This document shows positions 51,701 through 63,633 of a DNA stretch of 64,000 nt, one piece after another; positions within the stretch are counted from its first letter, which is position 1; each line of letters opens with the position of its first letter. Under the pieces are notes generated by a model, which saw only the letters and a list, made by a program, of their open reading frames with translations, had not been told where the DNA came from and made no database searches. A program made the position numbers and the translations under genes. The stretch is taken from assembly GCA_002269645.1 (NCBI GenBank), contig NIVC01003517.1:1-64000 (forward strand), in the 5' to 3' direction. The DNA is from Macrostomum lignano (taxonomy: Eukaryota).

Positions 51701-54639
51701 AAGCTCAGTTTCAGATCATCATCTGACAGATGTGTTGATGCGCGTTGCTGAGCCAAATTTCCGAGAGCCGACACAAAATGCTTGGTTTTAAATTTCGAGA
51801 GAACTCCTGCTGCCTTGAAGAAGGGCATGAATGCTTCGTCGATCAACTCTGGTGAGAGCTTAAACAAGAACGGCGGAAAATCAGTGTCTAATTTCCACAT
51901 TGATACCTGAGTCGGCCTTCGGAATCCATGAGGTGACCAGATTACGTTGGGTACCTGCTTTATCAGGTTAGTCACATCTGGTTGGGTAATGCCCTTTTCA
52001 GAGAGCTTTTGACTAAAATATCTGTAGACGCACTGGCTGACTTTGAGTGTTTCTTGGTTGGTCTCTCTCGTATTAATCACTGTGACTAATTGCTGCCATG
52101 CAACTCCATGCGTGACCTTATTATATCGCAGTGCACCTATCGACTTCAGTAGCTCTAGTCTTGCGTTCTGTTCAACTTTGCTAAAAATAGATTCGTCTAT
52201 AACCAACTGTGAAGCTGATACCAAATCTTTGCAATTCGGAGTGTACAGCTTGTCTGGCTGGAAAAGTTCACCTGGTGGATATTTATCGGACTGCCAATTA
52301 AAGCAGCAGTCTTGTGGCTTCTGCATAGCAGGTAAGAACTTAACACTTTTGAGTTGTTCGAACGGATACCTAAATTTCCTATTAAGAAGCGACCCTAGGT
52401 AAGACAGCAATACCTTTGTTCGCTCTTCTCTGTGTGGCTCAGCCAGGGCAGTAAGCGACTCTGCTCGACGCATCACTTCCGTCCACAATAAGTCTTCGCG
52501 CATGCCAATCAGCCGTAGAGCCTTCAGCCGGTCCTCTGTCCTGAGGTCGCTGTGCGGAAATATCGGATCTTCAGAATCAAAAAGACGCGCGGCGAGACAC
52601 TTTTGATCCAGAATTTCGGACGGCTTACACAATGCATTATTGGCATTCGGAATGCAGCAGTACTTTTCTAGAGCATTTTCAACAATTTTTGTCGCAGTCT
52701 TTGACGCTGACTTCAATTCTCTGCGCTCATCTTGGCAGATTTCATCTAGAATGAACTTCAGTGCTCCGAAGCAGTCCTTAGAGTAGCTCGACTTCCACAA
52801 GCGAGACATGTTCGGCACCAAATTAAGCAGCAGTGTCTCGCCCGACCACTGACGCTGCAGAATCTTGTTCGTCAGTCCCAGCTGCTCCACAGTTCGTCGA
52901 ACTCCATCGGTCAACGATGCGACACCTTCGTGCTGACCAACGAGTCTCGTGGCGAGTCGACTCAAACAATCTGAAATCCCACCCAGTGACAGGATGCTGG
53001 GATCCAGAAACACTGTGTGACCAAAACTCTTCCACCCAGCTGATGTGTGAAAGATTGGCGCCTGACCGTCAAGCAGGGAAGCATAAAACTTCTCAATAAG
53101 CGGCCTCCACACAGACTGAGTAGCTCTGTCGAATCGAGGCCACAGCTCTTGCGAAATCTCTGCATTCACCAAAGACATTCCACTTAGAATCTTCAGAGCG
53201 TCGATGTAGACAGGACAAATGACGTCAGTGAGCAGCACTCGGTTCCACTCGCCGAGACTCCACACGCCCTGCTTCTCGTCGACCGTGACCTCGTTGAGGT
53301 GTCGTCGGCTCGAGGTGACGGAGAAGCTCGCGTTCAGCATCACCGGAAATGGATTTTCGACAGGCAGCGGTAGGAAACAGAACAGCAGCGAGGCCGGCTG
53401 TGTGTCACGTGAAAGCGGCACGATCCTGTGAGACTGCTCGACGGGCAGCGCCACAGCTCCCACAGGCGCCAGTCCGAGACGACGCTGCTCCAACGCGACA
53501 GCGAGCGACTGTCCAGTGCCGACAGCAGCGCACACGAGCCACACTCTGGTGGAGGCGACAGTGCTGATCTGAAACTGATCTTGAGCTGAGTCTCCAAGCT
53601 GAACCTCCACCTCGACAGTCGCTTGACAGCGATGCTCTTGATTTTTCTCTGGCCCTCCTTGAGTAGCAGATTCGATCAGAGCTTCGGCTACCTTGAGAAT
53701 AGAGCTCTGAGCAGCGAACTCTTGATCCGCTTGTGACATTCCTGATATTGGCAGCGGTGGCAGTGCAATGGCATGTCGCTGGAAATATTTGAGAGGGCTC
53801 TTGTGAACGCAGAACACGAGTTGAGTTTGCTTTGAAGGATCGGTCGCATTGGACGGCAGGAACAGACACCGGAATGTTCGCACTGTCTGGGTGAACAGGA
53901 GCATAGTGTCAGCTTGCTCTGCAACCAGTCTCAACAAGCCACGAATCTCCGAGTCAGAGTACACGCGATCGCAGATCTTCGACTTCGCTGCCTGAGCCTC
54001 AGTGCGCAGTGGAAGACGCAGCAGCGTGCCGGCGAAGTTTCCTTCATCTGCTTTCAAATTGCAGCCTGAGACTCCAGCGAACGGTGCAAACTGGTTGGCG
54101 TACTGATCCAGCCATCTCGGCTGTGCTTGAAAGTCGAGCTCAACTCCAGTGTCCCTGTCCCCGTGACTCGCGTACACCGCCTCCAAGTAGCCCTCGCCCC
54201 TGCGCTCACCATGCGGGTCGAGAATCAGCATTCGGTGTCGACTGAGGATCTGCGGCACGTCAGTCAGGTTGTACACCGAGTTGAAGCCCAGACCGAAGCG
54301 ACCGACCTTGGCCGTCTTCTCCAGCTTGGTGGCTCCGCTCAGCTGCAGGATGTTGTCAAAGTCCTCGTCGCTGAAGGTGGCGTTGTTGAAGGCCCACAGC
54401 GCCCGTCCCTGACAGTCGGCCATCGCCGCGTCGAGCAACGACTCGGAGCCGCGCCAGTCGGAGTTCTCGCGACAGTCGTAGAGCAGCGTGACCTCGGTGG
54501 CGCCCGCGTCGTCAGCGTTCTGCAGCAGCTCCTTGGGCACCGCGAGACCGTCAGAGTACTCGTCGAGCAGTCGCTTGAGTCGTCGGGTGAGTGGCTCAGA
54601 CTGGCCGCGCAGGCGCAGGCCGTCGGAGGTCTGGGCCAT
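45760..54639 (-). CDS. Sacsin-like protein (two sacsin repeat regions, degenerate J-like region, C-terminal HEPN), about 3000 aa, interrupted by two frameshifts
   Basis: GQSEPLTRRLKRLL..ELLQNADDAGA and FGQHEDLTTRLKSIL..ELIQNADDAGS (GHKL-type repeats); HEPN FEWASFISWQAAEKALKALL. ORFs 49957-54750, 48593-50026 and 45760-48486 are consecutive. Probable ATG at 54639 after an acceptor at 54649. Confidence 0.88.
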
Positions 54640-54744
54640 TCTGGAGGCCTGTGCGTAAAATTTTTGGAGGGGGTTGAACTGGGATTGAAATACATGAAAA
54701 TGCATGAGTTGCATGGACGCTTTTGAACCCCATGAACCACAAAA

Positions 54745-55120
54745 TCTCAAAAAGCAGACCCCAAAATCTCAAACAGCAGACCCCAAAATCTCAAACAGCA
54801 GACCCCAAAATCTTAAACAGCAGACCCCAGTCCCTCCTCAGCAGACCCCAGTCCCTCGCTCAGCAGACCCTAGTCCCTCCGACAGCAGACCCCAGTCCCT
54901 CCCTCAACAGACCCCAGTCCCTCCCTCAGCAGACCCTAGTTCCTCGCTCAGCAGACCCCAGTCCCTCCGACAGCAGACCCCAGTCCCTCCCTCAACAGAC
55001 CCCAGTCCCTCCCTCAACAGACCCCAGTCCCTCCCTCAACAGACCCCAGTCCCTCCCTCAGCAGACCCCAGTCCCTCCGGCAGCAGACCCCAGTCCCTCC
55101 GACAGCAGATCCCAGTCCCT
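54745..55120. repeat. About 21 bp minisatellite (CAGCAGACCCCAGTCCCTCCC-type) upstream of the sacsin-like exon
   Basis: Visible tandem units grading from CAGACCCCAAAATCTCAAA to CAGACCCCAGTCCCTC. Confidence 0.93.
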
Positions 55121-57729
55121 CACGCAACATTTAAACCATCGTGACCATAAATAGGCACACAGACATGCAGATATGGCCATAAAGCTCACTAAGTCTAAAA
55201 GCAAAGCATATCATCATTAATTTGCAAGTAATCGTAACGAAAATTGTAGATGGATAAAATTTCTTACCGTTTCAATAAAAAAGTAGTTGCAAAATAATGC
55301 TTGGAGTTTTATTCTCTTTCTTTGGAGAGGTTTCACGTCGAGAATTGATTGCGAGGTGTTAACGGCTTCCGTGCACTGTGTATAGCATTATATAGTTTTT
55401 GAGATGCCATTTCCAGGAAATTCACTGTACATTAACATTTTTAAATGTACGCGCGAATTTTCTGCACATTTTCTAGTCTATTATTTCTTTTATTACCAAC
55501 TCTGTACAGGTCCCAGCCCCTGCCAACAGTTTGAACAGAAGGGATAGAAAAATACTCTGGAGAAATGGGCCTACGAATCACTCACAATCAGGTAGTGTGG
55601 TGGTGGCCTACATCTATCTCTATAAATAAACAAAACTGTGTCTGTACTTGTCTGTATGTACATTGCTATGGACTCCCAAACCAGAGACTGTGGTCATGGG
55701 AATTGTGAATTGTTTGTCTGCTTTTTCTACTGTTGAGCCGCTCACCCATTCCCCCAGAACAGGGGGTAGTTCTCAGGCATTATGCATGAAAATGTATACT
55801 GTCGCTTCCCAACGAGATTTCATTTCTAGGAAATTCGCTGTACATTACCAATTTTAATGCACACGAATTTCTGGGAAATTGTCTAACCAAACTTACTGAG
55901 CTTAGAATGTGTATTACATTTAAAAGAATATAAAAATGCTCTGGAGAAAGCTGCCTGACACGCAATGTGGCGGCGGCCTACGTACATACGTATGGTAAAG
56001 AAGCATAGCACAAAACATTATTGGGGTAGAAAGTCGAGAAGAAATGGACGGGTGGCGGTTCTTATTAACTCACGGCGTGTGCGCTGTCATGAGCAGTATT
56101 GACATCACCGCTACTGTCTCCACAGCTAAAGCCTCAGTCGCTTATGTGTCTCCTGCGCCCATTGAAGTGCATTCCTAAAAGTTTTTTCACCGCTGCCTTT
56201 TTATTAATGAACTGTCCAGTTTTCCCTATAGAAACTCTGGGCTGGAAGTAGCTTGTTTTTTTAAGAAAATATCAAAATTTTCCTCTAAAATATTTATCAT
56301 AAGCTGATGTTGTACATTTCCTACAGAAAATACTAAAGAGATTAAAAATTGCCCATGCGCCATGACGCACTCTCCTACGCTGCAACCTCCCTAGAGCAGT
56401 ACTGCCCTCTCCCCTGGGTCCTGACCCTCGGCGCCACCTTCTTGACTTGATTCTTCTGTACGTCCTCACATGCAGGGGGGTCTGAGAGGAGTGACTGAGT
56501 TGGAAGAGGCCTGTGAGGGCTGGAGCCTCGTGCAGGGGCTGCACATGCGGTCGACGCCTCTACCCAGGGACTCCTAAAAATAGCACCACTGGACTGGAAG
56601 CTCCCCACTTGCATTTACCTTAGTGTGGCAGCCATTCCCAGCTATTGTGTGAGTAACAAGTAGCGTTTTATCTCTCCTGTTTTTTACGAGAGTTGTAAAC
56701 TCCAACGACATACAAAAGCGATAGGTTTGGAGACATTGTTGCTACTACTTAATCTTCTTCTCCGTCAATGCGGACACCGTGTGCACTGCCACCATATCCT
56801 CGAACTCCCCGGCAACGCAGTTGATCATAAGCCCATGCACCATCCTCACCTATGCTCATAAGCTGGTCATTGCTGTATTCAATTCTATTTGCGATTTAGA
56901 TCCCGTCGGTGACCAGGTCTCGACCTCCATCTGCGATAGCTTTGAAGCTGTCTGTGCAAGGTAGCCTTCGCTGTCAAGGCCGCTTGAATATCCAACTCTG
57001 GCGGTTATGGTGCTCAGCGGGCGATCAGACGGAAGTCAAATGGATCGCAAAACTTTTCCGAATTTTCGAATGCAATCACGTGATCCAATTCTGAGCAGTA
57101 GGCAAGAAGATAATGTTGATGAAAGCTTTGAAAGCACCGCTGATTTGCATTTTGGAGCTAGGCTTAAAAATATGCAACTTTTTTTCACAACATGACCAAT
57201 TTCAGTATTGGTGCAAGAACTACTTCAGTAGAAGTACGCGAAAACTGTTTTTGAAGGCCCCTTTGTTTGCATTGCAGCTACGTAAACAAGCGGGCGTTCA
57301 AATAAAAGTATTTTAATATTTTAATATTGTACATGCAGAGCAGTCTGCAAAGAAATCAACGATTCTGTATGAAAATTGCAATCCAATTTTTTGCTAAAAA
57401 AGGCAGTATCTGATAGGGTATGCTGTGGCGTACTCGTCAGTCTATTTAAACATGGTGTAGTCTGATTGTTAAATAAATTTCACCCTGAAATTTCAAATCC
57501 ATGTTATAAACATGTTATAAGCATTAATGAAGCTATAGTATACGCATCACTTTACACGTGCCTTAAAAAGTTTCTAAGCAACAGAAAAGTGTTAGAAGAA
57601 AAGAAAATTCATTTAGAAAACTAGTAAGAAAAAAGTAAAAAAACGGCTAAACAACAAAACAAAAACACGCCTTTTTTAAGCTTGATTACCTCCGTCATTT
57701 GATTAATAAGCCGATTTAAAACGTTTTCG

Positions 57730-58310
57730 TTTGTTCTAGCAGGCTGAAGAGGTCGTCATCAGTTGGTTGAGACGCCATGGCGGAGGCGTCGGCAGGCAGC
57801 CTGCTGCACTTCTCCGAAGGCTCCAGCGCTGGCCGAGCTTCAGCCGACAGTGCAGAAAAGTGCCGGGAAACTGCAGAGACAAAACTGCGCTCAGCAGAGC
57901 GATGGATCGAAGCGGGCGAGTTCGAATGGGCCAGCTTCATCAGCTGGCAGGCAGCGGAGAAGGCGCTGAAGGCGTTGCTGACAAAGCAGGGTAAAGCAGT
58001 GGATCGTCAACAGCAGCTGAGCCAGCACCTGTGCTGCATCTCTGACACCGATCTGATGCAGACCGAGTTGGATCACGTGTCACAGCTGGCGAGCGCCTTC
58101 GTAGACAAGCGCAGCGGTCGAGCCCTAGATTTGTCGGAGATTTCGAGTCGGGAACAGTGCGTCGCTACTGAAGCTTAGGAAGATCATGATTTCATCATCG
58201 CTCTTCTTTTTGTGGGGGTCGTGTGTTGACAGGTTTTTATTTTAGGTGCAATTTTCCTATGGTTTTAGTGGTCTAGCGATTTTAAGATTTCCATTTTGAG
58301 CGACGAATGC
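57730..58310 (+). pseudogene. Inverted duplicate of the sacsin-like HEPN-coding 3' end; open 133-aa ORF at 57777-58178
   Basis: Reverse-complement homologue of about 45640-46250, including sequence past the stop; in-frame loss of 13 codons near the C-terminus. Confidence 0.85.
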
Positions 58311-58647
58311 TGGGTGATTATGTTTGTGGTCTTACCCAACAATAGAGAGGGGACAGCTCCTACGAGATCTAGCACAGCTTATTCAGCTGTCGATGTTGGA
58401 GCTCAGGTCAGCGTTAGGAAGGCGAGGAAAGCAACCGTTTGGCAATGAGTGCTGAAGTAATATATATTTGGTGCAGCTCTGGCTTATCATGCCAGTCTGT
58501 CTTACTATCGAGCTCTTGGGTTTTCAATTAGGGTCGCAGCCCTTCTATGCACTTCGGCTTTACTGCCGAAGGCTTTACACAGTCCGAGCCATAGACAAAA
58601 AAGGAAGTGTTAATGCCCAAAAGCTTAAGCCACAACACTCTCCCGCG

Positions 58648-59451
58648 CTAGCTTGGAATCCCCAAGCGTTTGAAATTAAGTCTCTCCGGCGGCTTCCGCT
58701 CTCGCTTGGGTCGTTCAGCCATAGTCGGGTTTGTTGGAGTGCTGTCAGTGTCGGTCTCTTTGCTTCTTGGACTGGGCGCACGCCCCTCTTTGGTTGCATC
58801 ATCCAGGTTACCCAGTTCCGATGTGCTTGTAGGGATTTCCTGTGTGTCATCGGCAACAAGTCGTTCCTTCAGTTGCTCTCTGTGACAAAGCTTCCGCTTT
58901 CCCTGTTCTGTCCTAACCATGACTGTAGTCTCAGAATTGGGGAACCGTTCGCAGATGTTACCTGGCTCATCCAGAATTTCCTTGTCAGAATAGTTTCTGA
59001 TCCAAACATTTTCTCGTTGAAGATTTAAAATCGGTGATTTGAGTAGTCCACCCCTCATGATTTGAGCTGGGGCTAGACCTGTAGTCGGATGCTCTCGGTT
59101 TCGGTACTGCAGTAAGAATCTATTAACATCAGCTTGTAGGTCATTCGACGCTGAAGCTCTCAGGTGATTTTTCAGAGTCCTAACAAATCTTTCGGCGATT
59201 CCGTTTGAATTTGGGTGATATGGTGGTGTCTTGACATGCTTGCAGCCAATGTTATTTAGCCATTCCGTGAACTCGTGTGACGTGAATTGCAGTCCATTAT
59301 CTGAAACAAGCGTGTGTGGAATTCCCTCCTGGGCAAACGTTCGTTTCAGCCATCGAATAGTCTCTTCAGATGTTATTTTCTGCATCAAATGTACTTCCGG
59401 CCACTTTGAATAGGTGTCCACAAGCACCAAAGCGTAAGCACCAGTATTTAA
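58648..59451 (-). CDS. Gypsy integrase core and C-terminus
   Basis: LVLVDTYSKWPEV, LVSDNGLQFTS, TPPYHPNSNGIAERFVRTLK. Confidence 0.93.
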   Translation of the reverse strand, partial: LNTGAYALVLVDTYSKWPEVHLMQKITSEETIRWLKRTFAQEGIPHTLVSDNGLQFTSHEFTEWLNNIGCKHVKTPPYHPNSNGIAERFVRTLKNHLRASASNDLQADVNRFLLQYRNREHPTTGLAPAQIMRGGLLKSPILNLQRENVWIRNYSDKEILDEPGNICERFPNSETTVMVRTEQGKRKLCHREQLKERLVADDTQEIPTSTSELGNLDDATKEGRAPSPRSKETDTDSTPTNPTMAERPKRERKPPERLNFKRLGIPS

Positions 59452-61935
59452 CAGTAGAAAGACCATGGGGGTGTATTTCAAATACACACATTTTTCTTTT
59501 GTCTGGATCTCCGAAAATATTCAACCAATTGCCATCAAAATCCAGAACACGGGCTAAAATTTTCCGCTCTATTCGATGAAGCAACTCCGAGAATCACGAA
59601 AAATCGGCATCGTCGAGATATTCAACGATTCTCCTCGGGGTGTCCGGTGGCAAAAACCACCAACATTGGCAAATTTTTTCTGTTCACAAAATCTCATCCT
59701 GAAACCACGTCGGCTCAGGAAACTATGCATAGCAGTCGTAAAGGCCTTTCTTCTCAGCATCCCAGGAACCAGGGTCCCCTTCATCACCGTCTGGAGCATC
59801 GGCGGCGACCGTCAGGACCTTCAACAAAAGCACCCGATCGGCATCGCAGAGACGGCTGCGTTCCCAAAACTGAAATGGAAGAATCCTCTTCTGCATGCAG
59901 CATTCAGTCAGTAGACATAATCGGTGAATGAAATGGACGACGGCGACCCTCTAGGTTGACCTGTAGACATACAAGCGACCTTCGGGACCTTCAACGGAGT
60001 GCCACCACGCGGCCCCGACTAGCTGGCACCCCCAACATCGTGAATTTTCTGTCAAGGCACCAAACCAGGCATGTCTGCATATTATACAATGGTCCTGCAC
60101 CATGTTCAGCATTCAGCTCTGTCTGGACGACCTTCGGGACCTTCAACGGAGTGCTACCACGCGGCCCCGACTAGCTGGCACCCCCAACATCGTGATTTTT
60201 CTATCAAGGCACCAAACCAGGCATGTCTGCATATTATACAATGCTTTTGCACCGTGTTAAATTGGAGAGTTACAGATTTAACTGGCCCAAAGCGGGCCGA
60301 AACGTGATGTTGCTGTCCACCATGCATCACGACAGACAATTGCTTCCCAATGGCAAGCCCGTAGCAATAGGCTCGTACTACAATTCTACCAAGAGTGGCA
60401 CGGACACCTGCAACAGGATGTTCCGCACATCCGACTGCAAGCGAAAGTCCGACTCATGTGAGAAGGCAATCTTCTCCGGCGGCATACTCAACATAGCAGC
60501 TGTGAATGCCGCTGCTATCTGGAGACTGCCGCACCCGGAGCTCTGCGCCTCGTCGAACTATCGCAACGAGTTCCAGCGCAAGGCAGCTGCGCAACTTCTG
60601 CAACCTCTGATCGAGGAGCGCTCGCAATCGGCCGCTCTTCTTCAAAATCTGTCCAATCATCACAGGCTGATGTTCCAGCTCGCAGGTTGTCGAATCAACG
60701 ACGAGCAAATGAAGGAACAGGCACGCGAAGCGGCGGCTGTGGTGTCAGCTGGTAGCAGAAAGCGCTGTGCAACATGCGCGAGACAAAAGTCAAAGGACGA
60801 GAAGCGTGCCTTGAGTGCAACAACAAGGAAGCGTTGCGTGTGTGACGAAGGAATTTGCCGAAGACACACTGCAATGGAAGTGACAGTGAGTCACCATTAC
60901 TGCCCGCGTTGTGTACCAAATTAAATAGTGACAATTGACTCAGCCTTTGTGTCTATGTGTCGGTGTTCAGATCCTTCTGCTTTGAATTTGCTGTAATATC
61001 ATTTTTGACATGCTGTAATATCATTTTTGACATGCTGCTGTAGTATCCTTTTTGACAAATTAAATATATTTTATATTATTTAATCGCCAGTTAAATCTGT
61101 AACTCTCCAATTTAACACGGTGCAAAAGCATTGTATAATATGCAGACATGCCTGGTTTGGTGCCTTGATAGAAAAATCACGATGTTGGGGGTGCCAGCTA
61201 GTCGGGGCCGCGTGGTAGCACTCCGTTGAAGGTCCCGAAGGTCGTCCAGACAGAGCTGAATGCTGAACATGGTGCAGGACCATTGTATAATATGCAGACA
61301 TGCCTGGTTTGGTGCCTTGACAGAAAATTCACGATGTTGGGGGTGCCAGCTAGTCGGGGCCGCGTGGTGGCACTCCGTTGAAGGTCCCGAAGGTCGCTTG
61401 TATGTCTACAGGTGAACCTAGAGGGTCGCCGTCGTCCATTTCATTCACAGATTATGTCTACTGACTGAATGCTGCATGCAGAAGAGGATTCTTCCATTTC
61501 AGTTTTGGGAACGCAGCCGTCTCTGCGATGCCGATCGGGTGCTTTTGTTGAAGGTCCTGACGGTCGCCGCCGATGCTCCAGACGGTGATGAAGGGGACCC
61601 TGGTTCCTGGGATGCTGAGAAGAAAGGCCTTTCCGACAGATGGACCCAGATTATTGAGCCAATATGGATTCACCATAAAGGTTTATACAGTGTAGTGTTG
61701 GTTGTCCTTGCTACCAGTGTCTTCGACAAGAATCGTTGAATATCTCGACGATGCTGACGTCGGATGACTTTGAAAGTTAATTCGTTAGAAAGGGGGGGGA
61801 ATTTTGATCCAAATGGTGGACTTTTACGAAAATCGGTTATTCGGTTTTCGAGCTATGGTGAAATTGGTTGTGTGTATTTGTAATACACCCCCATGGTCTT
61901 TCCCCATGGGGAAAAATAGCGTGGTCTTTCTACTG
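59452..61935 (+). mobile_element. piggyBac-derived non-autonomous element with internal foldback arms, nested in the Gypsy integrase
   Basis: TTAA duplicated at 59448-59451 and 61936-61939; 14-bp TIR CAGTAGAAAGACCA; subterminal repeat GAAAGACCATGGGGGTGTATTWCAAATACACAC; transposase remnant. Confidence 0.92.
60223..60924 (+). pseudogene. piggyBac transposase C-terminal remnant with cysteine-rich domain
   Basis: NVMLLSTMHH, GKP..I..YYNSTKSGTDT, LNIAAVNA, RKRCATC...CVC...ICRRH...CPRC; the N-terminal catalytic region is absent. Confidence 0.85.
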
Positions 61936-62835
61936 TTAACGGGCCGGCGAAATCTATGTGCACTCGATTCCAGCGATCGATTTCATCCGGCCACGATTGC
62001 CACTGTGGTCTCCTGTAATCCTTTCCTTTGCAACATTGCTCACATGCCTTCGCAAAATGTTCGATGTCCTTGTCAATATTGCTCCACCAAACAGACTGTC
62101 GGGCAAACGACTTCATGGATTCTTTGCCCATATGTCCCTTGTGAAGCTCCTCAAGCACGCTCTTGCGCAGGCTTGGCGGGATCACCAAACGATTTCCCTT
62201 AAAGATTAGGCCATTATCTATGACCAAGTCGTTCCGTACTATGGCATACTGTTGCAGTGGACCCCTGGTAGATCTTTTCCATCCGTGGAGTACTTGTTTG
62301 AAAAGCTGCTTCATTACTGGATCTCGCTTCGACTGTTCGCGAATGACGTCCTTTGACACGGGTGGATCGCTGGTACAGTCTTGCATTGCGTCGACTTCGA
62401 AGTGTCCAGCTTCGGATCCGGATGAGGCACAACGCAATAGAGCGTCAGGAACAGTTATCTCGCTCGTGGCCTTGTGTACGATCTCGTAGTTGTACTCCAT
62501 CAATGTCACTGCCCAGCGCTGTAATCTTGCTGCCGTTACTGATGAAAGAGTCTTGTTCTGGTGAAAAATGTAATGTAGAGGTTTGTTGTCTGTGACAAGC
62601 TTGAATTTCCATCCATGCAGAAACTTATGCAACCGCTTGACTGCCCAGATGACAGCCAGGGCCTCGCATTCGATTTGAGCATAGTTCATCTCTGCCTTGG
62701 ATAGACTCTTAGAGACATAAAGCACTGGTCTGCCTCTCTGCTCCAGCACCGCTCCGATTCCCTGTGGAGATGCATCCGTCGTAAGCGTGACCTCCACCGA
62801 TGGATCGAAGGTTGCCAGAACCGAATCCTGTGTTA
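61936..62835 (-). CDS. Gypsy RNase H and integrase N-terminus
   Basis: TDASPQGIGAVLEQ, NYAQIECEALAVIWAV, LVTDNKPL, LHKGHMG...CEQC, RVHIDFAGPL. Confidence 0.93.
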
Positions 62836-62844
62836 GGGCATCTT

Positions 62845-63633
62845 TTAGTCTTTAAAATGCATGTTTTTATCCCAATGCCATTGTGCGTTGGCTTTTATCA
62901 GTTGGTTCAGTGGCGCTCGAATTGTGGACAGGTCCTTTATGAATCTTCCGTAGAATTCTAGCATTCCTAGGAAACTACGTAATTCACTTACATTCTTTGG
63001 ACTTTGGAATCCTTTCATTGACCTTACCTTTTGTGGGTCTGGTCTGATACCCTTGGCACTAACAATAAGGCCTAGTATCTTGACCTCTTCTTGGCAATAC
63101 ACACATTTAGCTTCGTTGAGCTGAAGTCCATTGTTCTTCAGTCTAGCCTTTACGGCTTGCACAGCCTCACCATGCTCGGCCTTTGATGTCGTGAGCATTT
63201 TTCTCAGTGCGTCCGTGTTTGCGATGCCGAATACGAACTGGTCGCGCAGTCGGCTCTCAAGTTCCTGTCCAAACTCGCAATCGTCCGCCGCCGCTCGCAA
63301 CTTGCGCACATATGTAGGAATATCATCCTCGCCCTGCCTGAGCTTTGAGAATTCGAATCTCGCTGCTATTGGAAGCTTCTTGGGCTTAAACTGCTCCAGA
63401 AGGACTTGTTTCAGCTCCTTGAGAGGTATTTCCACCAGCTTCTTCGGCACGATCGCGTCGGTGACCATGTTGAACGCCTCGGTGCCCATCATGGCCAGGA
63501 GTGCATTCTTCTGCCGGTCGTTCTCTTCGGAGATTTCTTGCCAAGCAGCTACTGCCTCGAATTGAAGGAGCCACCGGGTCGCATCGTCTCCTCGCTTCAG
63601 GGGTGCAATGAACTCCCTTGAACTCGTCGCCAT
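62845..63633 (-). CDS. Gypsy gag fused in frame to the RT C-terminal part by internal deletion
   Basis: Gag (RLRDQFVFGI) continues directly into EH..AV..RLKNNGLQLNEAKC..LGLIV..GIRPDP; no protease or YxDD. Confidence 0.9.
   Translation of the reverse strand: MATSSREFIAPLKRGDDATRWLLQFEAVAAWQEISEENDRQKNALLAMMGTEAFNMVTDAIVPKKLVEIPLKELKQVLLEQFKPKKLPIAARFEFSKLRQGEDDIPTYVRKLRAAADDCEFGQELESRLRDQFVFGIANTDALRKMLTTSKAEHGEAVQAVKARLKNNGLQLNEAKCVYCQEEVKILGLIVSAKGIRPDPQKVRSMKGFQSPKNVSELRSFLGMLEFYGRFIKDLSTIRAPLNQLIKANAQWHWDKNMHFKD

Noticed and set aside
55380-55875. About 60-bp diverged direct repeat (near 55390 and 55820)
   Set aside because: Only two degenerate copies, no TIR or TSD; no function inferable.
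56330-57150. GC-richer patches with short ORFs upstream of the sacsin-like gene
   Set aside because: No recognisable motifs in any frame examined.
58468-59028. 186-aa + strand ORF starting in the LTR
   Set aside because: Antisense to integrase and LTR; the equivalent in the other LTR is short, so it is likely incidental.
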